Source of the DNA: Octopus bimaculoides | Lineage: Eukaryota | Assembly: GCF_001194135.2 (NCBI RefSeq) | Contig: NC_068986.1 | Span: 98,432,402 to 98,476,192, forward strand | Reading direction: 5' to 3' | Length of the DNA stretch: 43,791 nucleotides | Shown: positions 26,150 to 37,165 of the stretch, piece after piece | Numbering within the stretch: the stretch's first letter is position 1 | Layout: each line of letters begins with the position of its first letter | Position numbers and translations under genes: made by a program | Notes under the pieces: model-generated | Database searches by the model: none | Told to the model about the DNA's origin: nothing | What the model saw: only the letters and a program-made list of their open reading frames with translations

Positions 26150-27461
26150 ATGGATATATATTACTGCTTGTTTTATTTTTTGCTTGATTATATAACAATA
26201 CAATACACCTTTCATTAGAGTGTCATGTAGCATATTCTATTTATCTTTAGAAAGAAAAGATATACTGTAACATTAAAGTTTTTTGCTTAGTGCTGTAATC
26301 AGTCTGGTAAACATAAGAAATGCAAATTACCTAGTCATCTAAAATGTACCAGCAACTCTCTAAACTATATATATAGTTTGAGAAGATTCGGACAGCTTCT
26401 CCGACTAAGTATAAATAGTTGTGACGGAAGCATACAAATTGATGTGAGAAGTTGTTTTGTTGAGAAAGCAGATGATGTATTCCAACCTATCTCTTAAATC
26501 TAAATCTATGTACAATAGGCATCACGTCTTATATAGTTCAATAATTTTCCATCGATTCCGCAATGCAGTGAAATATGGAAATTTTCAGCAAAGGTAAGCC
26601 CATTCCGCAAATGATGATTGCGAAATATATCCCAAACCAAATGACAAGGATAATATTTTACAAATGAGGGAATCCTTTTGCGATACAGATCTCAGAAACA
26701 TCAACTTAACATAAGACTGCTGCTTAGTATCACCTCGCAGTTCACACTTTGCACCTACCAACAAATTCTTATTATGCAAAAAGTGTTGTGATGTGGACAA
26801 CGAAAGAAGTAAAAGTTCTAAGGGTACCGGGATCTCAACATTCCATGAACGACTGAAACACACCTGAAACACAAGCTAACTAGGAGTACAAAAATACCCC
26901 TGTAGCATATCTTGCAGTATTGCAAGCTTAAGATAGCTTATGAACGCTGTCAGTATTACATTACTTCGTTTATCTGCCTACGTTCAAATTGCATCCGAAG
27001 CAATTCTTCGTTTATTCTATTTCTTTTCTCGATGTTTATTTTGTTTCCTATTCACCGTGCACTCCTTTTATCTTATAAATTCCTCTCCATCTTTGGAGAT
27101 GCATCCCGTCTCTCTCGAAACTAGTTTATATATATGTATATATGTATGCATGCATGTATGTATTTATGTTTGTATGTATGCTTGCATGAATATATCCGCA
27201 TTTTAAAATCGAATGGTTTCGCCGACGGAGGGCCTGACCTGTAAGGAATCTATGAAATAAGCATCGACTTTTATGGATTTTTTTTTTTCATAATAGTCCT
27301 CGTTTGTATTGTGCATTGGTATGATTACCGAATCAGAAACATTATCAGACAAACGCACACACACATATTTTTAAACACACACACACATATGTATTTTTAC
27401 ATATGTTACATATGTATGTGTGTATATATATATATGTGTATGTTTATATATAATATATATT

Positions 27462-27512
<51 letters not shown>

Positions 27513-27514
<2 letters not shown>

Positions 27515-27712
27515 GAGAATATACAAAAAATAACAACAGACGAGGACAGGTGGTGTAAATAACAAAAGTATATATTAGTATGACGCTCGGGAATACGGAA
27601 AGTCTTTGACGTTTCGAGCTACGCTCTTCAACAGAAAGAATACGGAGACAAGGAGAAAAACACGGAGAAAAAAAATTGAATAGTGTTCAGTCAACGGTCA
27701 ATCATAATAATG
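27513..27712 (-). mobile_element. 200-bp Penelope-associated terminal module embedded in (TA)n
   Basis: Flanked on both sides by (TA)n and contains a hammerhead-like motif at 27604-27638. Confidence 0.6.
27604..27638 (-). ncRNA. Minimal type-I hammerhead-like motif
   Basis: Minus strand: CUUU-CUGUUGA-A-GAGC(gua)GCUC-GAAAC-GUC-AAAG. Stem I 4 bp, stem II 4 bp, core has A6 to U, helix III reduced to the palindrome ACGU. Confidence 0.6.
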
Positions 27713-28499
27713 ATTATATATATATATATATATATATACACGAACTGTGAGTGGGTTAATAGTCTAGATACCAATAAAGAAGTATGAGTCAATGGAAACC
27801 ACAAAAATTATAACATTGAAGGCTGGGATATTTATTTAGATTCTCGAAGTTAATCTGATATTGTAATTATTAAATCCACTGCGAATCCATCCTTCCCCCC
27901 TGAGCCAGTGTTGCATACATAGAAAGTTTTCCCGCACACAACTGATAAGTTTCAACGAGTCCGGCGAATATATACACTAACGCCAAACAAATTTAAAAGG
28001 TTCCGCTAAACAACCACTGCCTACTGTATTTCGACCCACAAACCTCATATATATATGAAAAGAAAACTCACACTTCCAGAGATAGTATATGCTTCTTGTG
28101 AATGCTATATTTCGACGGCAGAAATATCACTGCCTGGAATCCAGCAAGCGATCTGCAGATAGGGGCTTAGCAGAGGTATGGGGCAACACGGTGTCCAGTA
28201 TAAACATATATGGACATATAAATATATGAATATATAAACATAGTAAAAATATAATGAAATATAGGATTATAGATAAAAATGTTTTTTTAAAAAAAGGAAT
28301 TGAAAATATAGTGAAGAGAAAATAATAGGCGACAAAATATGTTTTGTGCTACATATTAAAACAAAACATCCCTGCGGCCGCTTCAGCGGTTCATTCTTCC
28401 AAGTAAAAATTGTATCTTAAAATTCATTTTCAGAGAATGTCTCCTTCATCATGTATGTATATACATATAGATACATATATGTATATTCATTTTCTCATT

Positions 28500-28553
28500 T
28501 CTCATTTTATCTAGTTTCAGCTCATGAGCTGTGGCCATGCTGGGGCACCGCCA
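28500..28553 (-). mobile_element. Isolated 3' tail of the composite SINE family
   Basis: gtttcagctcatgagctgtggccatgctggggcaccgcc matches the tail at 12772-12810. Confidence 0.75.
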
Positions 28554-28669
28554 TTTATGAATATATAATAATATATTATGAATATATAATAATAATATTA
28601 GGGATAAAATCCAAATTTACAGGTAAAAACTCAATTAAATTCTTTTCTCTAAAACTATATATTTATATG

Positions 28670-28680
28670 AATATATATGT

Positions 28681-28726
<46 letters not shown>

Positions 28727-28728
28727 GT

Positions 28729-28768
<40 letters not shown>

Positions 28769-28783
28769 GTATATACATATACA
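28670..28783. repeat. (ATATAC)n hexanucleotide array
   Basis: Directly visible. Confidence 0.95.
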
Positions 28784-28844
28784 CGCATGAAATTTGCTGA
28801 CCACGCTGCTGCCACATGCGGTTGTTTTTAATTAAAGAGGAAGA

Positions 28845-29848
28845 GAGAAATAAGGGTTGCTAAGAAATAAAAGTGGGGCGAGGAGAAATTTCCCCCAAGA
28901 GGAGAGAATCGCTGAGTGAGAAGTTTTTTATTTACTTATTTTATTATGCTTCTATATAATTCATTCTTGTTTTCTTTTTCTTTTCTTTTTTGCAAGTAGA
29001 TTCAGAAAAAATTTGATTTATTTCGTTCTAAATTGGAAATTATCAATGCACCACGACTTGGGGATAAAACTCCATGGTCATTTAAAACATTTAGGACCTA
29101 TATAATCGAATGATTTTACGATTCTTCTTTTCTTTTTAAATGGTGTTGAGAAAAGATGTGAGAAGGAGGGCATTAAAAAACCCTAAGTCACTTACAGTTG
29201 AGAATACCATTAACATTGTACCGAATACGATCGATATTTTCCGTTTCTTCTACTTTTAACACTGTAGTAGAGTTTGATTCATAGAAAGTCTTTTACGTGT
29301 TTAAGATTTCATTCTGGGAGTTTTTCACGGGTTTTATCTTATTTCTCCCATTTATAATTGATTTTCTTTTCTTCTCCAATGCATATTCACCTTTGTTGTT
29401 AGTTCTTCATGTAGATACGTTTACCGTTCTCTCTACAAACTACATACAAGCCTTTTTTGTTGTTTTTTTTGTGAGGGGTGCGAATGTGGGACCTATAGTC
29501 GTTTTTCCTATGTTGTATATCACATCAGAATGATTACGAATTAGTTTTCAATGTTTCATCTCGCAATGGCATCTTGCCATACTTTTATTGAGTTGCATTC
29601 AGATTTCGACCACTGTTCAACACACACGTGTGAAATTTGACTGGTGACCAACGTTTCTGTCACCTACGTTTATTTTTAAGCTTAAGAGACTGAGAAAAAT
29701 AGGGTTTGCTAACAAGTAAAAGGGAAAGGAAAATTTTCTTTCAAGGGGAGAGAATCGGTGAGAGATTTTTTTATATACTTATCTTATTATGCTTCTATGT
29801 ATAATTCAATCTTATTTGTTTTTTGTTTCTTTTTTGTTTGCAAATAGA
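28845..29848 (-). mobile_element. Probable Penelope-like remnant with pseudo-LTR direct repeats
   Basis: Diverged direct repeats of about 155 bp (28845-29000, 29692-29848) share ggagagaatcg and ttattatgcttctat. The interior reads weakly as GIY-YIG-like on the minus strand. Confidence 0.45.
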
Positions 29849-29903
<55 letters not shown>

Positions 29904-29959
29904 GGATGTTGCGCTAAATAACAATATGATATATTTATATTTGTATATTGCCTTTTTAT

Positions 29960-30340
29960 AGAAAAGACGTATTTTTTTGTCTCTTCTCTTAAGCGTTCAT
30001 AAATTTTTTCTATCGTCTTGGCTAAACAGCCCTCACTGTTTGTTTTACTGTCTTGTTCTCACTGTCCTGTTCTTGTTTAAACATTCACCCTACGCAAAAA
30101 ATTCCAAATTTTATTTAATTTGCTTTGCTGGAAAGACTGTTCCAACGAAGTCGTGTATTGTCCTTGCCTTCGGACGCGGAGTAGATGGAACAGGGACAAC
30201 TGACGAAGGGTTATACTCTTTATGTTGCATGTCTCGTTTATCTGCTTTTTTCGTTGTTCGAAAAAAGTTCGTTTTCTGTTTTCGTCTTTATGTTTTCGTT
30301 TCTCATTGTGTTTAACGTTTTTTTTTTTTGTGATGCCCTG
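29960..30340 (+). mobile_element. Microsatellite-embedded interspersed repeat with structured hammerhead-like core
   Basis: Lies between (TA)n and TA/TG tracts; contains ctgacga plus paired segments at 30137-30219. Confidence 0.45.
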
Positions 30341-32519
30341 TACCCATATATCCATGTATGTATACATATAGATGTAGGTATGTACATATATGTATGGATA
30401 TATGCATATGTTTATATGTATATATGTATGTGTGTGTGTGTGTTTGTGTATACGTATACATCTAATTGTGCATACATTTATCTAACGTAAATTTTAATTG
30501 GTTAGATTACAGTTTTTCTAACTTTAAAATACTGTCTGTGAAAATTTGTGTCTGAGTGTAGCTCTAAATGTAGAACACTTAGTCACACACATACATAGGC
30601 ATATATATATATGAAGAGTAGTGCTCATTTATTAGTCTCTACTTTATACACTGGAATTTTAAGGTTTCTGAGACTATTAATTCTTCCCGCACGTAGTCAT
30701 TCTGGTTTTAATCTCATGAATTAAAGAGATGATAGTATCTCTTTTTTTATTACCAAATTTATATTCGCCAATAAGATTTGTATGTCTAGAAACGGTAATA
30801 GAATTAAAACATTCTTCTTCCCAGCTGAACAGGAGGCCTAGGAATTTATTGCGAAAACTATTAATAACAAAAGATTAGAATCGAATTGTCATGTCCTGAA
30901 TATAACTTGTTTCGAAGAATAGCTTTATACACGCTCACATATACACAAGCACACATGCGCACACCCACAGGATCTCCCCCCCTCTCTCTCTCTCTCTTCT
31001 CTTCTCTTCATTGTGTTTTGTAGCAGTGGCGCAAAGTATTACATGCTTCACTTTTTCTGTATTTATAGAGTATATTATATATCGAATTATTCCACGAGCA
31101 ATGTAAATGTCCTGTGTATATCATTGATAAAACTGCACAATCTTTTCTCGGGTCGTAACATCTCAGTTTTTATGAAATAAAACAAAAAGGACTGCCAGAA
31201 TTAATACTCTCCTCACCTCGTTCTACGCTGATGGGTTCAGTGAAATCGTATGTTAATTGATATCATATATTCTATTTAGGATTATATTACAATATATATT
31301 CTGTTCTAAAGCAGATATGTAGATATATAGTGCTTTCAATACTGTTCAATACTGTTGCATATAAGGTTCATATAACCTATTAAACGGTCTGATATATATG
31401 CAAGACATCTGTTCCGTTTACATATAAGCATTTAAAATGTGACATCTTAGGGATTTTATGCATGTGCGCTCTCGTCATTTAATATAGGTCTGCAGATTTG
31501 ATTTATTCACTTATGGGAGTCTAAATTACTAAAACCACCAGATTCAAATGCGAACGACAAAAATGTTGCTCTACTCGCTGCATACTAAATTAAAAAGCTC
31601 AACTGGAGTTGGAAGGCTAATATCTATTATACGTTATTTATTTATATGCGATTCCTATTTTCACATCTCGCTTACTTCTATGCTTGTTAAACACACACAT
31701 ACACACACACACACATACACACATACACACACACATATATATATATATAAAATTTCAAGGAGTTCCTGCCTTAAAAACAGGAACTACACCACAGTTATCT
31801 TGTGTTCTTTGCTACATTGGTTTCTATTAACCCATTTATTCTATCCGAAGAATTTTTATTCATTAAGATAGAAGAAATACATATAATTAATTANNNNNNN
31901 NNNNNNNNNNNNNNACACACATACACACACACATATATATATATATAACTTGTTCCTAACGACATTCAGTTTTAGTATATATATTGATTTGGTGGCATCA
32001 AATGATGGCGTAAACTTTGTTCTGTCGGTATAATTCACTTTATTTTCTCTTATATGCGTATCTCTTCTCTTCATGTTTATTAACTTATAAAAAGAGTTAA
32101 GTTAACCGATTATATACTGAATTCAAGCTGCTGAACTCCACGGGTTCCTAAATATATTTTCATTTATCATATTTTAAATGTTGACCACTATACAAAGATC
32201 ATGAACGCATATATATGCATGTGTCTATTGTATATGTTTGTGTGCATGTGCGTGTGTGTGCGTGTGTGTATACATGTATTTGTGCTAGCATTGTCTACAA
32301 CACTCGAGGTCTCTCTGTATTGCAGTATTCACTTCCTCACAGACACATTTACCCCGTCAGTGTCACGAAATCATTATTCTCGCAGACTGACATTCATCAA
32401 ACTAAACAGGCGATAGTTAGAGGTCGCCACATTCTTGCTGTATGGTGGACGGGGATCAGTAACCAGCTCAATTTGTTAATTGCCTGATATCATGCTTGAT
32501 CTTGCACTGGTTTGGTGAA

Positions 32520-32657
32520 TATGTATCGTTTACTTCTGTGCTTACTTCCTCTTGATCGTTTCTGGTGGCCTTTTGAGTGTTTCAATATACCTCTCACTGT
32601 TCAGAATGGAGCCTCGATCGAGAAAATGAAGACGACTGAAATTCTTATAACCCCCCC

Positions 32658-32688
<31 letters not shown>

Positions 32689-33260
32689 CACACACGTACA
32701 CAAACAGTCCCGTCTATGAAAAAAAAACAATGAATTTGACTTTCTATGCTGGTTGCTGGTTCTTGAACATCTTGTCTTGAAGAAGAGTTGTAACGCCATT
32801 CCATGGACTGAACCTTCTCTTCAGGATTATAAATGTATAGCCACATTTTATTCTCTGACACAAGATCAAAAACAAACGAGACGGCGTTGATTTCAAGATC
32901 TTAAAGTAGATTAGAAGAAGTTTTAATCATATCTCTCTCAAATCGAGTAACAATTCCAGAGGTACCCACTTTTCACACAGCTACCGATACCCAGATTCTT
33001 CTACCCTTCTCTGTTATGCGTTGTGACAACATTCCTGTTGAGCAGCTAGAAGATAGTACGCGAATTTGTAAGTGTTTTGTCTTCAATGCTAGTTTCTCTT
33101 TTTCTAATCCTCTTCATACTTCTGTACGCATTGCTCTTATCAAGGGTGTCGTCTCCGTAAATAAACGTAGCCATTTGTGGATCTCAGACAGCCTGTGTCA
33201 TCTTCGTGAATAACTCAATGTGGGGACCTTACATCGTTTTGGAACCCATTATTTTCTTCC
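32520..33260 (-). mobile_element. Mariner transposase remnant interrupted by (CA)n
   Basis: WLYIYNPEEKVQSMEWRYNSS (similar to WV..Y.PE.K.QSMEW); VNSERYIETLK; LGYR*LCEKWVP (WVP motif). Confidence 0.82.
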
Positions 33261-33459
33261 ATTCTAGAATAGCAAGAAGAAGAATTCTGTAAGGGACAAT
33301 TAATGTACCAACATATTCAATCTGAAAATAAACCTATGTTAATTAATGAAAAAGTTATGCCCATTTTTGCATTACTTCGGAGGACTGTCGTGTGTCTGCA
33401 TAAGTGTTTGTATGCAGTGGAGTATCATCAAATGCAGCCCCTTGCCACAAATCGCCAGT

Positions 33460-33570
33460 GAATGAATTCGTGTAATATGCTCTAGCTGCTCAACAGGAAT
33501 GTTGTCACAAGGCATAATAGGAGGGCGGAAGAATTTGGATATTAGTAGCTATGGGAAAATTGGATAACTC
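33460..33570 (+). mobile_element. Second, inverted fragment of the same mariner family
   Basis: ctagctgctcaacaggaatgttgtcacaa is the exact reverse complement of about 33020-33048; similarity extends about 110 bp. Confidence 0.8.
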
Positions 33571-33572
33571 GG

Positions 33573-33660
<88 letters not shown>

Positions 33661-33740
33661 TATGTATGTATGTATGTTTATATACATGTAGAAACATATA
33701 TATGGTTAATGGGGGTCCACATAGTCACCAGATGCTGGTT

Positions 33741-33855
33741 GGGTGAGCACATACTGGGCTAAAATTTTCAAAGAGTTATGCAAATCCCAAGTCTCACTTC
33801 GACCTCCTCGTGGTGCCACTTGGTCTAAACCATCAGGAGAGGACTACTACGTATG
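33741..33855 (+). ncRNA. Candidate HDV-like self-cleaving ribozyme at RTE 5' end
   Basis: P3/L3 = ACC-UCCUCGU-GGU (33802-33814). P1 3' strand GCCACUU (33815-33821) pairs with GGGUG(A)GC (33741-33748) with a G.U at the cleavage site. GG (33822-33823) is available for P1.1. P2 is poorly paired. Confidence 0.6.
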
Positions 33856-34465
33856 TCTAGCGCAGTCTCACCAGGCTGCTCCGAGCAGATGGGGCTCGTT
33901 AGCCATGATCGGCAGCCTGTCTAGAAGAAGGACACTCCGATGTAAAACATACGACCCGAGGACCTGTCTGCCGTCGTCCCGGCTTGCTGGGCCTCAGCAG
34001 ATAAACTCCGGGTGTAAAGGGTTAGGCCAGTTCTGCGCAGAATGCACTTCACCTTAAAATTCCATCGTGTAGGACGAAGGATCTGTCCACGTCCACGACC
34101 ACGATCACAAATCTCCAAGCCTTGTAACGATGTAGAAGGGGGCGAAAATGGCAGGTGAAAGATGTCACTGGAAGCTGCAGCTCTCAACCTGCATGCAGGC
34201 AGTTTGGGACAACTGTCGCCTGGTGTTGACTCGGAGAAGACAACATCAGTCGACAGCATCCCGTACGACCAAGCATCTTTATCTAGGGAGAGCACCGCTT
34301 GCTCCACATGGAGAGGGCCATAGAAAAGGCGGTGGCCTAAAGAAAGCTCGTCTCCTATTCAGCTAGGTGGCAAACCACGACCATCAGGCATTTTTTTCAA
34401 GCGGTCGAATACACACAAATACAAAAAGAAAAGACTCCAAACACCCTTCAAATGTTGCCAAATAG

Positions 34466-34962
34466 CTGAAGACTGCATGTTGGCACGTCGGAATCATTTT
34501 TGACTCAGACGACAGAAGTCGCCCAGAATGCCGATCCGCTCTCATTGCACATGAACTGTCCAGGCTAGAAATTGATATCGCCGCCCTTAGTGAAGTCTGA
34601 CTCCCAGCTGAAGGCAGCTTGAAAGAACATGGTGCTGAATATACACCCTATATTGGCCAGGCAAACCCTCATCACAAAGATGCCGTTCAGGTGTCGGTTT
34701 CGTAATAAGAAACACCATTGCTTCAACGCTGGAAACCCTACCAGCATATCACACTGACCGCATCACCTCCATGCGCCTCAATCTGGAAAAGAAGTGGCGC
34801 GTCACGATCTTCGGCGTTTAGTCTCCGACCCTACAAGCAGACCCAGCAGGTAAGGACAAGTTCTACTCAGACCTGTGCAGATTGCTCTAGGGAACCCCCG
34901 TCGATGATAAAGTCATAATCCTAGGATATTTCAAATCCCGAGTGGGCCGAGATTCAGAAACT
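34466..34962 (+). pseudogene. RTE AP-endonuclease domain pseudogene
   Basis: Single frame with 3 stops: ACWHV...RPECRSALIAHELSRLEIDIAALSEV*LPAEGSLKE...SGVGFVIRN...DRITSMRL...SPTLQAD..KDKFYSDL...DKVIILGYFKSRVG (similar to WNV / ALSE / GVGF / YAPT / GDFNARVG). Confidence 0.92.
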
Positions 34963-34974
34963 CACACGAGTTAT

Positions 34975-35146
34975 GACGTCACTGCTGCCAAGCTGTATCG
35001 GCGTCTAGGTTTCCCTTGAATAACATCAGTGGTGTGGAAAGCGGATATATGCATGGGTGGCTGCTGCATATCCATAAGCAACCTGGCGCTGGACTTGTAC
35101 ATCAGAGGTAAACTTTCTAGGTGCAGTTCCATGGTCTTTACCCTTA
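34975..35146 (+). mobile_element. Retroposon 3'-UTR/tail-like segment
   Basis: aagctgtatcggc...gtaaactttctaggtgcagttccatggtctttaccc ends at a TA tract; it resembles, from memory only, an octopus SINE/LINE tail. Confidence 0.4.
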
Positions 35147-35181
35147 TATATACATATATGCATATACATATNNNNNNNNNN

Positions 35182-35218
<37 letters not shown>

Positions 35219-35219
35219 C

Positions 35220-35780
35220 ATAAAAAATACAAAATGGAACAAGGACGCAAAATATCCAGACAGTTACTTGATATAAAAAAGGGACAACAAAATATCCAGA
35301 TAAATGATACAAAGAAAGCGAGGACTGGTCATTCGGAGTTTTCTTTCCTCAGTCCAGTTCCATATTATCTTTGTAATTTCGGCTGGTTGTATTCAATATT
35401 GCTCCAATCTGGCCAACCCCAAGGTAAATCTAAGCTAAGAGCATTAGATTCCTTGGAAGAAAGCAGCGAATGTATACGAAAACAAGGACGGAAAAAACGG
35501 AGAATGTTACACAAATACAAATAACAGGACATAACAACAGGTGTCTTTCGACTAAGGACGAATTAAATTAAGCTGGCGTGTGTGGAAGTAAAGCCCTACG
35601 GCAGGGATAGAATATTTCACAGGCACAGAGAGCAATATAGATGTTGCACAAACCGCGGCCGAACCAAGAAAGAAAGGTCAGGCTTGGTCGAACACCGGTC
35701 ACGTGGGGAGAGAAGAGAGAGAGGTAGAGGCAGAAGGATAGAAGAAATAAGGCGGGGCGAGGAAAAATGACAGGGACACA

Positions 35781-35785
<5 letters not shown>
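35220..35785 (-). mobile_element. (TA)n-flanked interspersed repeat, partly shared with 16260-16350
   Basis: Bounded by (TA)n on both sides and contains the 28-bp block identical to about 16283-16310. Confidence 0.55.
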
Positions 35786-35867
<82 letters not shown>

Positions 35868-36829
35868 TGTACATGCATATATGTAAATACACACAATCAC
35901 ACACATACACACACATATATGCGCGTGCGCGTCTGTGTGTAGCCCTTTATCGATCAGACTATCGGATGTTGCTAAACAACGCTATTTTCAATGCGCCCTG
36001 TCGAATGATGCCATCTTACTTTTTTAGTAGGGAGGCTAACATTTTCCTCGAAACGGACTCCTGACCCTCGCTAGTATATAGGCACGTGAAACAGTGACGC
36101 GTGAAAATAGTGAAGCGTGATACAAGAGCTGAAGATCAAGATCAGTTTAAATATTTGATAGATATATGAAACTGTGAGGTTTCTCAGTGCAGTTTGTCTT
36201 GGAGAAGACAAAAAACCATTTCGCTTAAGAAAGATGTGAAAAAATCCAGTCAATTCACTACGCTCCCTATTGGACTGATAGATGTATTTTGATCTCGTTA
36301 GCTGACTTTAACGCCAGATACCGAGAGAGGCTAGAAGAACCCTGATTTGTCGTAAGCGAGAACATTTTCTCTACGACAAACTGCAGTGAAAAAGTTTTAT
36401 CTAATTCNNNNNNNNNNTATATATACATGTGTATACATGTATATATATCCATATATATATATGTTTATTTGTGTGTATATATGTATGTGTGGTGCATATA
36501 TATGTGTGTGTGTATGTGCGCGCGCACACACACATATACAAACATATAAACGTCCGTGTGTGTTATATTGGTTTTATACTTGCGACTGTTTGTATGAAAT
36601 GGTTAGTTACACAAACCATACAACTTGCTTTTCCTCATTGTAGTATGACTTATTAAATTATATCATATTCCCTAGATGGAACAATAAAGAATTGTATATA
36701 CATGCCAACACACACACACACACACACACACATACATATATCTATATATATCCTTATCAGTCAAACCAGTCAAATAATAATTAGTAGGAACAGTTATATC
36801 AGTATTATTGTATAAGATATATAAACTAC

Positions 36830-37165
36830 AAAGCACTTAATATCTAAAAGACCATTCATATAGAAACTTAACTAAAGCCGCCCGCCATCAAAATACAACT
36901 GACCTTTGAACCAAATACCTCGCAGGAAACACCGGATTTTCTAAAATCCAGACTAAATGAAACATTAATCAAATTCCTTCAAACGACACGTAACCATATT
37001 TAAACTCGTCCATCTGAATAAACTACTGTTATAAAAGCCAGTGTGATCTGATTAAACTACTGTTATAAAAGCCAGTGTGATCCTGGCTGGAATATATTTA
37101 GCCATAAGTCTCCTTAACTGTTGTTGACCTGGAGCTAAATGTGACAACAACAAAAGTAACAACGA
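36830..37165 (+). mobile_element. Possible non-LTR retrotransposon 3' end with (CAA)-like tail
   Basis: Reading ends ...LNETLIKFLQTTRNHI*, followed by a UTR-like stretch and acaacaacaaaagtaacaac. Confidence 0.35.
37019..37082. repeat. Perfect 30-bp tandem duplication (period 34)
   Basis: taaactactgttataaaagccagtgtgatc at 37019-37048 and 37053-37082. Confidence 0.95.

Larger units (their letters stand above)
33741..34962 (+). mobile_element. RTE-clade LINE, 5' portion (5'UTR plus APE endonuclease), 3'-truncated
   Basis: GC-rich UTR-like region followed by a clear apurinic endonuclease reading frame. Confidence 0.9.

Noticed and set aside
26540-26860. Strong donor aag|gtaagc (+, about 26592) and a tttcag/gtaggt pair (-)
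   Set aside because: Signals on opposite strands with no recognisable peptide; cannot be separated from chance.
5800-36417. All nine N-gaps abut microsatellites or a SINE
   Set aside because: Short-read assembly artefact, not biology.
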